45,913 nucleotides of DNA from a virus (taxonomy: Duplodnaviria > Caudoviricetes). Below the pieces are notes generated by a model. That model had not been told where the DNA came from and ran no database searches. It saw only the letters and a program-made list of their open reading frames with translations. This document shows positions 45,858 through 45,913 of this stretch, piece by piece. The position numbers and the translations under genes are program-made. Each line of letters begins with the position of its first letter. Positions within the stretch are counted from its first letter, which is position 1. The stretch spans positions 1 to 45,913 of IMG/VR virus record IMGVR_UViG_3300044806_000023, one strand, 5' to 3'.

Positions 45858-45887
45858 AAGCCCTAGCCGAAAGGCTGGGGCTTTTTT
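45858..45887 (+). terminator. Rho-independent terminator
   Basis: AAGCCCTAGCC-GAAA-GGCTGGGGCTT-TTTT. Confidence 0.85.
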
Positions 45888-45913
45888 ACGTCCCTACATT
45901 TCGTAACAATACC

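Noticed and set aside
1-45913. Stop-codon recoding (none of the called genes ends in TAG)
   Set aside because: Genes are intact and tightly packed under code 11, with no in-frame TAG interruptions and no suppressor tRNA; TAG avoidance alone is not evidence

Overview
The window is most of a tailed dsDNA phage genome with podovirus-like organisation (no tape measure, tail tube or sheath recognised). It is truncated inside the DNA polymerase on the left and in the early region on the right. The + strand (1-8.7 kb) carries a replication module: family A DNA polymerase (Leu762 type), Cas4-like PD-(D/E)XK nuclease, HNH, SNF2 helicase, probable SSB, HTH protein and primase-helicase. The - strand (44.6 to 8.8 kb) carries one long late block. 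In order it holds tRNA-Asn, terminase subunits, portal, GroES-like co-chaperonin, scaffold, Mu-gpT-like major capsid and decoration proteins. It continues with a glycosyltransferase, small basic proteins, head-tail adaptors, a modular set of short fibres/RBPs with chaperones, GH19 lysis genes, tail nozzle and three internal/ejection proteins. A divergent non-coding control region (44.85-45.3 kb) holds palindromic repeats, a G4 motif and a strong promoter. Most notable: (1) two SD-equipped small genes overprinted in the +1 frame of the 1748-aa virion protein, flanking one folded domain; (2) a short x-x-x-G-G motif shared by ejection proteins and small basic proteins; (3) a pseudoknotted RNA downstream of the capsid gene; (4) a repeat-flanked early gene cassette; (5) a 54-aa gene at the TerS/TerL junction bounded by a 15-bp duplication. 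All family assignments come from motif recognition and synteny, not database searches.
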